Source of the DNA: a virus
Taxonomy: Duplodnaviria; Caudoviricetes
DNA length: 61,918 nt
Virus record (IMG/VR): IMGVR_UViG_3300037852_000239
Coordinates: 1-61,918 of that record
Strand: one strand, 5' to 3'
Below, piece by piece: positions 16,663 through 26,722 of the stretch; the first letter of the stretch is position 1; every line of letters starts with the position of its first letter. The translations under genes were made by a program, and so were the position numbers. Below the pieces are notes generated by a model that searched no databases, was not told the origin of the DNA, and saw nothing but the letters and a program-made list of their open reading frames with translations.

Positions 16663-18395
16663 TACTTGAACCCTGCGTTTTTCGGGTTGTTCAGGAACGT
16701 GTCGATGGTGGTGTCATTCGCCGTGATGCCTTGGCTGAGCAGATATTGCCGCGCCTTGGTCCGCCGCGTCGGATCATCGGCGGAGGTACTCGCAGGCAGG
16801 CTGAGATCGCCGCCAATCGTGCCCATGAACTGGCCGATCACCGACGACACGTTGTTGATCTGCTTGGCTTGGTTGCCGACGACGTTGCGCATGTCCTTTT
16901 GCATGGCCTCGGTCGCTGCGCGAAACGCCCCGGGCGTCTGTGCCGCGTTCAACAACTCGTTGGCTTTGCTGGCAGCCGAGTCGGTGAGGCCTTGCGCGGA
17001 CTGCGCGGCGCCCGAGGTGACCTTGGCATACTCGCGGGCGGCGGTGTAGATGTAGACCTCAAACTTGGTCAGTGCCGCGTTGCCAGTCAACTCGTGCCCG
17101 TTGGCCCATTGAATGTAGCGGTTGGCGATCGGCGATCCCGTACGCGCGACCTTGTCGCTTTGATCCAGGGCGAGCGCGAGGTTGTCCCCGGCGGCTCCGG
17201 CGAAGCCCGCCGTCGCGCGGTATTGCGGCACCAATTTGTTGAGCGTGGTGGCATTGGCCCGATACTCGGCGCGCAGGGTTGAGAGATCAGTCCCCGCGGC
17301 GTCGGCCATCGCGGCGGCCTTGTTCTGAATCGCAAAGCGCGCGGCGCGGACCTGTCCGGCTGATCCCAAGCCCATGGACGGCATGGATCCCTGCAGCGCG
17401 AAGGCCACCGAGTCTTGATAGACGGCGTTTGGCGTGAGTCCGGTCGTGGCGTCGACCTTGTTCGCCGTCTTGGGATCGGGCTTATCCGGTGTCACGCTGT
17501 CTTTGGCGACGGGGCCTCCTCCGGCATTGTCGATGCGAATCGTGATGGCTTGGTTTTTGAGGGATTCATTTTTCAGCCCGGCTTTCCCCGCGTCTTTCAT
17601 CACGCCGAGGACTTGTTCATCCGTAGCCTTGTTGGGATCGATGCCTTGGGCCATGAGCATATCCGCGACACGCTCTTTGGCTTGGCCGGGAAGGCCATTG
17701 AGCACTGACGACGCCTTGGGTGGGTTTTTCCCCGCGGACTGCCATGCCGCGCGAGCTTTGTCGATGATCGCGGGCATCTCGTCATCGGTGGGTTCGCGAT
17801 CGTCGTGGTCGGCTTTGAATTTGTCGACTTCGGCTTGGATGCGACCTTGAATGGTGCCGGGGCCGAATTTCCCAGCCGTCTGGACTTTGGTGCGTTCCAG
17901 CGCGGCGCTCTCGGTCTGCGCTTGTTCCGCGGTGCGATACTGGTGTTCCAGGCCAAGTTCCTTGGCGTGTGTGTTGAATTGGATATCAGCCTTTTGCTGT
18001 TCGCCTGCACGCGACTGATCTTGGACCTCGGCGTCGCTCTTGAACATCGATGGCGGTGCGGCGCCTTGCTGGCCTTGCGGCCCCTGCTGGCCTTGTGGCT
18101 GCTGCATCATCTTGAACATCGGGTCGATATACTGCCGCAGCATCTGGTTGGGGTCAGGCTGGCCTCCCTGGCCTCCCTGCCCTCCACTACCGCCCTTCGC
18201 CCCCTTGGGTTTCTGCCCCAGCTGGGGGTACAACTGCTGCAACAACGGCTGGAGATCGTCATAGTTGCGCAGCCGCCCGGTGCTGACCATGAAGTTGATC
18301 ACGTCACGGGTGTTGCGTTCACGGCGGTCGCGTTCGGCGTTCTGGGTGTCGATGAAGCCGTTCAAAAACCCTGAGGCGAAGGCAGCATTCGGCAT
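16662..18395 (-). CDS. putative internal virion/DNA-ejection protein
   Basis: FASGFLNGF N-terminus; helical Ala/Gln-rich composition; podovirus synteny. Confidence 0.55.
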   Translation of the reverse strand: MPNAAFASGFLNGFIDTQNAERDRRERNTRDVINFMVSTGRLRNYDDLQPLLQQLYPQLGQKPKGAKGGSGGQGGQGGQPDPNQMLRQYIDPMFKMMQQPQGQQGPQGQQGAAPPSMFKSDAEVQDQSRAGEQQKADIQFNTHAKELGLEHQYRTAEQAQTESAALERTKVQTAGKFGPGTIQGRIQAEVDKFKADHDDREPTDDEMPAIIDKARAAWQSAGKNPPKASSVLNGLPGQAKERVADMLMAQGIDPNKATDEQVLGVMKDAGKAGLKNESLKNQAITIRIDNAGGGPVAKDSVTPDKPDPKTANKVDATTGLTPNAVYQDSVAFALQGSMPSMGLGSAGQVRAARFAIQNKAAAMADAAGTDLSTLRAEYRANATTLNKLVPQYRATAGFAGAAGDNLALALDQSDKVARTGSPIANRYIQWANGHELTGNAALTKFEVYIYTAAREYAKVTSGAAQSAQGLTDSAASKANELLNAAQTPGAFRAATEAMQKDMRNVVGNQAKQINNVSSVIGQFMGTIGGDLSLPASTSADDPTRRTKARQYLLSQGITANDTTIDTFLNNPKNAGFK

Positions 18396-18405
18396 CGATC
18401 ACCCC

Positions 18406-19212
18406 CTAAGCCAGTGCCGCGAGGATGAACGGCATAGCGGTGGCCACCGCGCTGCCAATCGCCGACCCGGTTGACTTGTTTTGATTGGCGGCGAACTGCG
18501 CCTGCTGTTCATAATTCTGAATCGACGCGTTCAGATCGTTCAGCCCTTGCGCGGAGGCCGACACCCCCAACTGGGCGAGGTTCGCCCCGAGCGTGCCGAG
18601 TTCATTCACCCCGGCCGTGCGCGCGTCCGCGCTGATCCCCGACAACTGCCCGGCCTTCGCGGTGTCCCGCGCCATGGTGCTCGAGACTTGTCCGCCGCCA
18701 CGCGGCAAGAACTGGTCGCCGCGCTTCGCGGTGTCATACTGGTCGATCACGCGGGTGCGCTGTGGCGTGGTCGCCCCCAACAGCGCGCCGGGGTCGCCGC
18801 CCGCCACCGCTTGCAAATACTTGAGCACGGGCGTCAAGGCTTGATCGCCTTGAGCGAGGAAGTCCTTGCCCTTCCCGAACAGGGACTGGGCGAGCTGTGT
18901 GAGGTTGGCATTGCTGGCGCTGGCCTGCCCCGCCGCGGGGTTGCTCGAGCCCAGCAAGCTCACCAACATGGGCGCGAGGGCGCCGATGGCGCCGGCTGCG
19001 TTTGATCCCCCGCTGCTCGATGTGGAGGGCGCCATCAGGCCCGAGGGGCTGCCACTTGGCAAGGCCGGGTTGCCAAACGAGGGCGATGACGACAGGGGCC
19101 CCATCGGAAACGGCGACCCCGAGTTGAGCGCGAAGGGGTCGCCCCCTCCAGCCGTCCAGCTGTTCAACCCCCCGGGGAGGTCTTGCATCCAGTTGAGCGA
19201 GGGATCAGCCAT
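18406..19212 (-). CDS. putative DNA pilot/ejection protein
   Basis: Gly/Ala/Gln-rich; hydrophobic C-terminus GSAIGSAVATAMPFILAALA. Confidence 0.55.
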   Translation of the reverse strand: MADPSLNWMQDLPGGLNSWTAGGGDPFALNSGSPFPMGPLSSSPSFGNPALPSGSPSGLMAPSTSSSGGSNAAGAIGALAPMLVSLLGSSNPAAGQASASNANLTQLAQSLFGKGKDFLAQGDQALTPVLKYLQAVAGGDPGALLGATTPQRTRVIDQYDTAKRGDQFLPRGGGQVSSTMARDTAKAGQLSGISADARTAGVNELGTLGANLAQLGVSASAQGLNDLNASIQNYEQQAQFAANQNKSTGSAIGSAVATAMPFILAALA

Positions 19213-19217
19213 GGTCT

Positions 19218-19247
19218 AGTCTAGGCCCTCACGGGGCGCCCTGACAA
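19218..19247 (-). promoter_or_regulatory. sigma70-like promoter, probably leaderless
   Basis: TTGTCA-18 nt-TAGACT, 5 nt before the ATG at 19212; no SD. Confidence 0.45.
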
Positions 19248-19290
19248 GCCCTTGCTATTGGTGCTATCTGTCATATAGTCGCACATATTG

Positions 19291-20349
19291 TCACAATCTT
19301 ATGTATGGAATTAGGTCAGTATAGTTCACATCGGTCGCGTTGGTCGCCCCAGTCTGGTAATTGATGTTCACCGCGCTTCCCGTGCCCCCACTCGACGAGT
19401 TTTCATGGATGAACTGGCCAATCAAATTCGGCGTGGTGATCCCTTGGGTGCCCCCCGCGGCCGTCGAGCTCGTCGCCGCGCCCCCATTGCACTGCGCCCA
19501 CGCGGCACTGGGGCCGGCCGTGAAGTTACAGATCATCCCCCGCATGGGTTGTCCCGGGGAATCGCCCCACGCAGAGCCGTTCCAGGTGTACTCCCGATCG
19601 AAGTCCGTCGCCGCGTAGGTGAACCCGGCGTCATTCACCCCCAAGGTGGGCTTCCCCGACAACACGCCGACCATCGGTCCGCCGCAGCCTTTGATCAACA
19701 CCCACGCGCCGATGCCGTAGTCCAACTCCCACGCCTGATCGCCTTGGTCAGTGGCTACCCAGATCACCCCGGCATCGCAGGCCGTGAACGCCACCGGGCG
19801 GTTGGCGATCGGGCCGTATTGCGTGCCTTGGTGCCAGTGCCACACCGCCCCCGACCACAGCCACGTGACCCCGGTGGTTTGATCAAACGCGTAGAAGGCC
19901 GCGTCGTTGCTGCCGAGATCCCCTGGGAGGGTGGCGATCCCCGACACCTCCATGGCCGGGCAACTCCCCGACAGCGTCCACACGCCAATCCCCGCCGAGT
20001 AGAGGGCGTGGCGATCGGTTTCGTAGAAGTTCGCCCCGGCGAAGGGCGCGAGGATCAACCGTTGGGCGTGCGTGCCGACGATCAACGCGTTGCCGCCCGC
20101 GCCGGGGAGGCCGGTGACCACCAAGGGCGTCCCACCTGTGGCTTGCAACGATTGAACAACCTGCTTCAACTGCGGCGTGGTGAGCTTCGGCGCCAGCGCA
20201 GGGTTGGTGACCTGGCTGTGCAGCCCAAGCACGCGCCCTTCCAGCGCGTTGCCAAACGCCGTCAACCCCGTCAACGCGTCCAGCACCTTGGTGGGCACCG
20301 TCGGAGGTGCAGCGTAGTCGGGCGTCAGCGTCGGGAGTTGAAAGGGCAT
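19291..20349 (-). CDS. tail fibre/collar-domain protein
   Basis: C-terminal GMICNF...WAQCNG...TPNLIGQF collar motif; repeated DAG.Y.ATD...W.G..W modules. Confidence 0.7.
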   Translation of the reverse strand: MPFQLPTLTPDYAAPPTVPTKVLDALTGLTAFGNALEGRVLGLHSQVTNPALAPKLTTPQLKQVVQSLQATGGTPLVVTGLPGAGGNALIVGTHAQRLILAPFAGANFYETDRHALYSAGIGVWTLSGSCPAMEVSGIATLPGDLGSNDAAFYAFDQTTGVTWLWSGAVWHWHQGTQYGPIANRPVAFTACDAGVIWVATDQGDQAWELDYGIGAWVLIKGCGGPMVGVLSGKPTLGVNDAGFTYAATDFDREYTWNGSAWGDSPGQPMRGMICNFTAGPSAAWAQCNGGAATSSTAAGGTQGITTPNLIGQFIHENSSSGGTGSAVNINYQTGATNATDVNYTDLIPYIRL

Positions 20350-20381
20350 CGGTGACGGCCTTGGAACAACCTGTGAACAAC

Positions 20382-20591
20382 CTAGAAGTGTAACCCGCCC
20401 ACGCCGGGCGCCTCCGCGCTGCCAAACTCGCTGACCGTGCCGACCTCCGCCTCCTCGCGTCCACGCTTCTTTGCGGACTTCAAGGTCGTATCGGTCAGCG
20501 TGAGCAGCGCCGTGCGTAGGTCCAGCGGATAGACACGCGTCGGCGGCAGCGGTTGATCCGCGAGGCTAAAGGGGCCGGGTGGTGGCGGCAT
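20382..20591 (-). CDS. 69-aa protein with one YPLDLRT repeat and a VGGLHF C-terminus
   Basis: Miniature copy of the C-terminus of the 933-aa neighbour; weak RBS. Confidence 0.55.
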   Translation of the reverse strand: MPPPPGPFSLADQPLPPTRVYPLDLRTALLTLTDTTLKSAKKRGREEAEVGTVSEFGSAEAPGVGGLHF

Positions 20592-20607
20592 ATATGAGGA
20601 CGACCCC

Positions 20608-23409
20608 CTAGAAGTGTAACCCCCCCACGTTGGGTGTATGCGTATTGCCGAAGTCGTTGGTCACGTCGAGCTGGTAGAGGTCCGTGAGGTGCGGCGCTTG
20701 CGGCGCGGGCGTCAAGGTCGTGGTGAGGAGATTGACCACCGCCGTGCGCAGGTCGAGGGCGTAGGGGCGGACCGGGGGCAGCGCGTCCACGTCCATGACG
20801 GCCGGGAACGTCTGCGCCGGCTTCAGGGTCGTGGTGATCAGGATCTGCAGCGCGGTGCGCAGGTCCGGCGGATACGGATGCGTGAGCGTGGGCAAGGCCT
20901 GTTCGCTGAGGTCGGGCGCAAATGGATACTGGAGGGTCGCCCCCAAGAGGTTGACCACCCCCGTGCGCAGATCCAGCGGATAGGGCCGCGTCGGGGGTAC
21001 CCCATCCACGGTGGCGACCACGGGATACGACAGCCCCAAGGGGAAATGGCACACGCTCGTGCGGAGATCCATCGGATAGGGCGTGGTGGGCGGCGAGTCC
21101 CATAGTTGATCGACAAAGGGCGCGGCGGGCAACGTCGACGTTTGGAGCGAGAGCGTGGCGGTGCGCAGGTCCAGCGCATAGGGCCGCGTGGGCGGGTTGG
21201 GCCAGTCCCGCGCCGGCACGGGGGCCGCCGCGGGCACCAGCGTCGATTCCAGGAGATTGCCCAGCGCCGTGCGCAACTCCAACGCGTACGGCGTGACCGG
21301 CGGATTCGGCCAGTCGTAGTGTTCAATCGGGGCGGCCAGCGTGGTCCGGATCAGATTCATCGTGGCAGTGCGCCACTCCAGCGCGTAGGACCGCTGCCAC
21401 GGCACGTGATACTCGATCGCACTGATGAAGGGTTGATTCTGATCGAGTTGGTAGTAGCTGATGAACGTGCGGAGATCCAACGGATACGGGAGGACGGGTG
21501 GCAACGGCTGATCGTCAGGGCGAAATGGCGGAGTGGCGGGCTGCAACGTCGTCTGCTGGAGATTGACCACCGCCGTGCGCAGGTCGAGGGCGTAGGGGCG
21601 CGTCGGCAGCCACGGGGGATCGGCGTTGACAAACGCAGCTTGGAATAACGTCGATTGCACCAGGGTCGTGGTGCTCGTGCGCAGATCGCTGGGGTACGCG
21701 AGGCGACCCGACGGCAGGGCGACGTCGGAGGGAAGGGCCACGGGTACGGGCGCCAGCGTGAGCACGAGGAGATTCTGGGTCGCCGTGCGCAGATCCAGCG
21801 GATAGGGCCGCGTCGGGGGCGAGTCCCACCACTGATCGACAAAGGGCGCGGCGGGCAATGTCGAGGTCTGCAGCGAGAGCGTCGACGTGCGGAGATCTCG
21901 CGGATACGGCAGGACGGGTGGCAGCGGCTGATCATAGGTGCCGCGCGCTTGTGCCACAGGCTGTAGCGTCGTTTGCTGGAGGTTCACCGTGGCCGTGCGC
22001 AGGTCCAGCGCGTAGGGCGGCATGGGGGGCCACATCGCGGTGAGGGCGATGACGGCCGGGAACGTCTGCGCCGGCTTCAGGGTGTTGGCCAGCAGATCGG
22101 TGATCGACGTGCGCAGATCGCTTGGGTAGGCTGGCGTGGCCGGCCGCGCGAGTTCCCCGTTCAGGAGGAGCGGATTGAACGGCTGCGGCCTGAGTGTGGA
22201 TTCCAGCAGGTTGTACGACGACGTACGGAGATCGCTCGGGTAGGCCTTTGGCGGAATGACGACGTCTACGAAGTAGGGCACACACGGTGGGGTCAGACTC
22301 GGGATGTAGGCCACCAGCACCCCGCACTCGTAGAGCGAGGCTGTCGCCGCCGTCGTATTCGTCACCATCCCGATGTCGGTGCCGGTCCCTGCTGGGTAGG
22401 TCGTGGGGTTGGGCGAGAGTTGGGTGAACAGGGCGGCCGTTGAGGTCACCAAGATGCTGGTCTGGGTGCCGTCCACGAGGATTTTGTCAGTCTCGGTCAG
22501 GGTAGACTTGGCGAAGATCCACCCTTCGACGCCGACAATCGTCGCGCCAGTGAGGTTAGCGTCTCCGACAGAGACGCCCTCAATGTTGTACTCCTCAGTG
22601 ATGGCTGACGCGACCACGGCCGCGGACCACCCATCTGCTTGGTTGAGTGGGCGCTCATTGACCTGCGGGGCGTGCCCAGAGCCGTAGCCGGACCCGCCAG
22701 AGCCAATCTGCGTGGTAAAGCCGTTGGTGGTGCCATTCGCAAACGGCCGTTTCGCGGTGACGTGGATGTTCCCGGGGTCCGTCAGATCGGTGCGATTGTC
22801 GACATAGACGCTATCGAAGTACATCGAGAACGCCGTGAACGGATTGAAGATATTCGTGTCAAAGGTGGGCCCCAGGCACAGATCGACCCCGCCCATATTC
22901 GTGAGAGTGCCTTGCGCGTTGGTACTCGTGACTTCAAGGACGCCATTCAAGAAGACTTTGATGGTCCAGCTGACGGTTGAGGTCAGCACGTACGAAACAG
23001 ACACGCGATACCACGTGTTGGCCGCCAGCACGGTCGTGCCGATCACTTCCGTGGCGCCACACGCTTGGATGGCCAGTTTTCCGGTGGTGCTCAAGCCGAC
23101 GGCAAACTCCGTGGAGCCATCACCTGTGACCAGGGACGAGATAAAGGCGAGGTCCGCAGACGGCGCCACACTCGGAAACCGCACCCACAGGGAGATGGCG
23201 CGTCCCGCATCGGCGAGGATAGCATTGCCCGTGATGATGATCGCGTACGACCCTGACCCGCCCGTCGTCGCGCACTTGATCGAATTGATTCCGTCTTCCT
23301 GCTGTGTGCTGTCGGAGGCGACGGTCCCCCCGCTGATCTGCGTGCCGCTGTAGAACTCCAGACCAGACGTCGCATCGGACCCGGCTTCCAGGAACAGCAC
23401 CGTGGCCAT
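20608..23409 (-). CDS. LamG/concanavalin-like virion-region protein with 15 C-terminal YPxDLRT repeats
   Basis: GTTVLAANTWYRVSV...KVFLNGVLEV...YFDSVYVD laminin-G-like motifs; repeats counted by eye. Confidence 0.75.
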   Translation of the reverse strand: MATVLFLEAGSDATSGLEFYSGTQISGGTVASDSTQQEDGINSIKCATTGGSGSYAIIITGNAILADAGRAISLWVRFPSVAPSADLAFISSLVTGDGSTEFAVGLSTTGKLAIQACGATEVIGTTVLAANTWYRVSVSYVLTSTVSWTIKVFLNGVLEVTSTNAQGTLTNMGGVDLCLGPTFDTNIFNPFTAFSMYFDSVYVDNRTDLTDPGNIHVTAKRPFANGTTNGFTTQIGSGGSGYGSGHAPQVNERPLNQADGWSAAVVASAITEEYNIEGVSVGDANLTGATIVGVEGWIFAKSTLTETDKILVDGTQTSILVTSTAALFTQLSPNPTTYPAGTGTDIGMVTNTTAATASLYECGVLVAYIPSLTPPCVPYFVDVVIPPKAYPSDLRTSSYNLLESTLRPQPFNPLLLNGELARPATPAYPSDLRTSITDLLANTLKPAQTFPAVIALTAMWPPMPPYALDLRTATVNLQQTTLQPVAQARGTYDQPLPPVLPYPRDLRTSTLSLQTSTLPAAPFVDQWWDSPPTRPYPLDLRTATQNLLVLTLAPVPVALPSDVALPSGRLAYPSDLRTSTTTLVQSTLFQAAFVNADPPWLPTRPYALDLRTAVVNLQQTTLQPATPPFRPDDQPLPPVLPYPLDLRTFISYYQLDQNQPFISAIEYHVPWQRSYALEWRTATMNLIRTTLAAPIEHYDWPNPPVTPYALELRTALGNLLESTLVPAAAPVPARDWPNPPTRPYALDLRTATLSLQTSTLPAAPFVDQLWDSPPTTPYPMDLRTSVCHFPLGLSYPVVATVDGVPPTRPYPLDLRTGVVNLLGATLQYPFAPDLSEQALPTLTHPYPPDLRTALQILITTTLKPAQTFPAVMDVDALPPVRPYALDLRTAVVNLLTTTLTPAPQAPHLTDLYQLDVTNDFGNTHTPNVGGLHF

Positions 23410-23410
23410 G

Positions 23411-23683
23411 CTACTTGGCCCACCAGCTGCCGCTTGGCGGTGTCACGCCGATGTTACCCGTCCAGACAGCCACGGTGAGCGGGGCAATCGTGAAGACGTG
23501 CACGATAAGTTGGCACCCGGTGATGTTGGCCGGCACCCACACCGTGTTGATCCACGTTGCCACCAACGCAGGGGTGTTGTCAGGCCCCGGAATCATCGCA
23601 GTCGTCACGATGCGCGAGACGCCGCCTTGGTCCGCGACTACGAACGACCCGGACTGGCAGAGGACGGAGCGGATGGCAGGCAT
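23411..23683 (-). CDS. hypothetical protein
   Basis: Tightly packed in the structural operon. Confidence 0.6.
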   Translation of the reverse strand: MPAIRSVLCQSGSFVVADQGGVSRIVTTAMIPGPDNTPALVATWINTVWVPANITGCQLIVHVFTIAPLTVAVWTGNIGVTPPSGSWWAK

Positions 23684-23702
23684 CAGCAGGGATCCGCCGG
23701 GA

Positions 23703-25820
23703 TCAGCAGGGGCTCGTGGTGGAGAACGGCGTCCCGTGCAAAAACCGCCAGTAGGCGGGCAGGGTCAAGGTCTGTCCACTCGGGACGGCGTTCACCCACG
23801 GCCACGAGCAGTTGTAGAAAAACCCTGGCTTGCTACTCAGATAGAACGACGCGGGCAACGCCGCGACGGCACTGTCCCAGTGCACGCTACTGGTGGCGTA
23901 GTCGTAATTGCCATCGCGGAGTGCGGTCGTCGCCACCGCATTGTCGACTATGCTCACGGTCCCGCCCGTGCCGCCCGTCGTCACATTGACGGGGATCGTG
24001 AACGTCGTCGGCGAGACGTAGGTCGCAGTATAGGTGTTGTTGATCGACGGTGTGCTGCCGGAGTGCCCCGAGATGACCACGGCCGATCCGCCGAGCGGGA
24101 CCGGCGAATCGGCGGGAATGGTAATCACCGTCGGGTTGGCGACTGAACTGCTGGTGATCGATACGCCGGTCTGCGTCGAATCCGGGTAGCCGAACACCCA
24201 GATTGGGATGTTGGGCGAAAAGTTGAACGAGGCATCGGCGCAGCCGGTGGTCGTGTCGTAGGCGGTGCAGTATTGGAACCCGGTATTCCCATCGTGCAGT
24301 GAGGGGTTTGTCCCGTATGTCGTTGTCGTCGCCATGCCCGAGCTGCCGATGACGTTCCCGACAAAGGAATAGTAATGATGGTACGCGCCGATCATCACAC
24401 CGCGCACTTCGGTCGCGTCGCTCAGGCTGGTCGAGGACGGCGGCAGCGGGTTGCCGGAGAGGTTGCGGAAGATCGTCGCCCAGTTCCGAAAGAATGTGAT
24501 ATAGACCGAGGACCCCCAGCGCGCATCGCCGCCCAGATTGAAGGTCTGGTTGCCCTCGAACAATTCGTAGTGCGGCGTGGTCATGTGCGAGGCGTTGGCG
24601 CCGACTTCTGGGATCGTCGGATACCCGGCTCCATAGCCCTCATCCAGATAGTTGTATGCGATGACGTTGCCGCCGCCACCCGCCCGCGACACGATCACCT
24701 TGTTGCCGTTGACGGCGATGTTGTTCTCGATCAAGCTGTCGGAGGTCGCCCAGGAAAAATCAATGAGGTAGCCCGCGCCGCCGGGATTGGGGCTCTTGGA
24801 TTCATGGGCATAGGAGTCCCGGATGACACAGCGGAAGCATTCATACATCCGCAACGCTGAGCCGTTGAACCAGTCCGAGTCGACATTTTTGACCCAGCTG
24901 TACTCAGCCACACTCAACAGGATGTTGCCGCCGCCATCCCCGCCTTCGCCGCCATGCACCCAGACATTCTCCAAGCCGGCATTCTTGACCGGCTGCAAGC
25001 CCGAGGCATACTGCGTCAGTTCGGCCGTGTGCGCGGTGTCGAAGGTCATGTGAAACGGCGTCGTGAAGGTGATCGTCGTGGAGGTCAGCGAGGCAATCTC
25101 CATGATCTGCGCGATGGGCCGACCGGTCGGCTCGCCCGACACCAGCCGCGAGAACCACCCCTGGCAGCTGTTCATGGTGCCGGTGGACGCCGTGTCGCAC
25201 TGGTTGTACGCGGTGTACGCGCTGTCGGCGAGCTTATCGATCAGCACCACTTGGCCCATCGACAGGCCGGTGGTGGACGTGACCGTGGCCGTCGACGTGC
25301 CCCGCACCGCGTCCGCGGTCAGCGCCATCGTGGACCCGAAACTCGCGACCGAGTCCAGGTACTGCCGCGGCCCGATCACCACCACCGATTGGCTGGTCCC
25401 GTCCGCGACGTCGATCTCCGTATCGTCGGGATTCCCGTCGCACCCGCGCACGACGATCCCCTTGTTGATGAGTATCGGCCCTGACGTGAGCGCGTAGACG
25501 CCACACCCGAGGGAGACATACTGCCCGACGGTACAACCGTTGATGGCGGTCTGGATCCCGCCCCGCGCATCCATGGAGCCATTCCCGTAGGTCGAGGCGG
25601 CCAGCGTGGCACAGGCCGTGGTGTAGTTCGGAATGCCGCCCACGGCATTCAGCCCAGGATTCCACGGCCCTTGCCGAATGGCGGGGAGGGTATACCCGGA
25701 GAGTCGGGCATCGACATGGACGGCGGTGGCGGGTGCCGGGGCTTGTCCGAACCCGATCGCGGCCAAGTACGCGAGTACCAGCCCCAGTCCTAGCACTAGC
25801 CCCAAGACCAGGCCACGCAC
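23703..25820 (-). CDS. right-handed beta-helix (pectate lyase-like/GH55-like) protein with a signal peptide or TM N-terminus
   Basis: WNPGLNAVGGIP, DARGGIQTAIN, CFRCVIRDSY, SLIENN repeats; hydrophobic N-terminus RGLVLGLVLGLGLVLAYLAAIGFG; start uncertain. Confidence 0.75.
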   Translation of the reverse strand: MRGLVLGLVLGLGLVLAYLAAIGFGQAPAPATAVHVDARLSGYTLPAIRQGPWNPGLNAVGGIPNYTTACATLAASTYGNGSMDARGGIQTAINGCTVGQYVSLGCGVYALTSGPILINKGIVVRGCDGNPDDTEIDVADGTSQSVVVIGPRQYLDSVASFGSTMALTADAVRGTSTATVTSTTGLSMGQVVLIDKLADSAYTAYNQCDTASTGTMNSCQGWFSRLVSGEPTGRPIAQIMEIASLTSTTITFTTPFHMTFDTAHTAELTQYASGLQPVKNAGLENVWVHGGEGGDGGGNILLSVAEYSWVKNVDSDWFNGSALRMYECFRCVIRDSYAHESKSPNPGGAGYLIDFSWATSDSLIENNIAVNGNKVIVSRAGGGGNVIAYNYLDEGYGAGYPTIPEVGANASHMTTPHYELFEGNQTFNLGGDARWGSSVYITFFRNWATIFRNLSGNPLPPSSTSLSDATEVRGVMIGAYHHYYSFVGNVIGSSGMATTTTYGTNPSLHDGNTGFQYCTAYDTTTGCADASFNFSPNIPIWVFGYPDSTQTGVSITSSSVANPTVITIPADSPVPLGGSAVVISGHSGSTPSINNTYTATYVSPTTFTIPVNVTTGGTGGTVSIVDNAVATTALRDGNYDYATSSVHWDSAVAALPASFYLSSKPGFFYNCSWPWVNAVPSGQTLTLPAYWRFLHGTPFSTTSPC

Positions 25821-25845
25821 CAGCCTCAAGACCAGGCCACGCTGA

Positions 25846-26151
25846 TTACTCCGCGACAAGGGGCACCGTAAACACATTCGACACCGCGGATTCGGTGGAC
25901 CCGCCGGGGCTCACAGCCGTAATGGTGACGTCGTAGTTGCCCGCGGGGAGGGCCGCGAGGATGCCTTGGATATTCACACGGCACACGCCGCCTGGCGCAG
26001 GCGGCTTCCCGAATTCCTGAGAGGCCAGGACGGGGGTGACCGTGCCTTGGGCGTACACCTTCCCGATGTAATCCGTGACCGTCGGATCGGGGGACACGAC
26101 AAAGGTCACGTCGCCGACCGAGGGCCTCGGGACAAAGACGATGAGGGACAT
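25846..26151 (-). CDS. FN3/Ig-like small protein
   Basis: DPTVTDY...LPAGNYDVTITAVSPGGSTESAVSN is a fibronectin-III-like C-terminal pattern. Confidence 0.65.
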   Translation of the reverse strand: MSLIVFVPRPSVGDVTFVVSPDPTVTDYIGKVYAQGTVTPVLASQEFGKPPAPGGVCRVNIQGILAALPAGNYDVTITAVSPGGSTESAVSNVFTVPLVAE

Positions 26152-26178
26152 AGCCCTGGGCGTCTCGGACGCACCCCC

Positions 26179-26682
26179 TTAGAGGGGTTCGAAGATGAAG
26201 TGGCTGCCCATCAGTCCCGGCGTGCCCCCGGTGAACGCACTGAGCGACAACTCGCCAAAGCTGGCGGTGTTGCCCAGCATGATCGGCTCCTGCCCCACTG
26301 GGAAGTTCATCCTGAGCAACCCGCCGTAGGCGTTGAAGCTCTCGTTGTGGAGCGAGAGGGTGGCGCTGCGCTGAGGCACGGTGGTGGCGGAGTTGAACCC
26401 GACCACGGGGGCACCGAGCGCGGCGGTCGCGGGATCGAGCGCAGCGGCAGCGACCGCGTTGCCGGTTTGCACCAAGGTGATGCCCACCGTGGAGTCGCGT
26501 CCCAGCTGGAGGATGCCCGGGGCCGAGGATCCCGCCTGGCCGCCCCCGAATACTTCGTGGATGATCACGCGCTGGGTGCCGCTGCCCCCCTGCAGGGACT
26601 GATACCCCCCATTGGTGAAGCCCACCGTGTCGGCCACCGCGATCGGCGTCCACGACCGAATGTTGTATACCCAATTGGCCAT
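26179..26682 (-). CDS. putative virion structural protein
   Basis: GAGGAG RBS; Gly/Thr-rich beta composition. Confidence 0.65.
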   Translation of the reverse strand: MANWVYNIRSWTPIAVADTVGFTNGGYQSLQGGSGTQRVIIHEVFGGGQAGSSAPGILQLGRDSTVGITLVQTGNAVAAAALDPATAALGAPVVGFNSATTVPQRSATLSLHNESFNAYGGLLRMNFPVGQEPIMLGNTASFGELSLSAFTGGTPGLMGSHFIFEPL

Positions 26683-26722
26683 CGAAGACTCCTCAAAAAA
26701 GACTGCAGTTGCCGATCACGGA

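Noticed and set aside
20382-23409. Diversity-generating retroelement (duplicated 3' ends as TR/VR)
   Set aside because: No reverse transcriptase in the window; the shared stretch is only ~25 nt and the differences are not adenine-specific.
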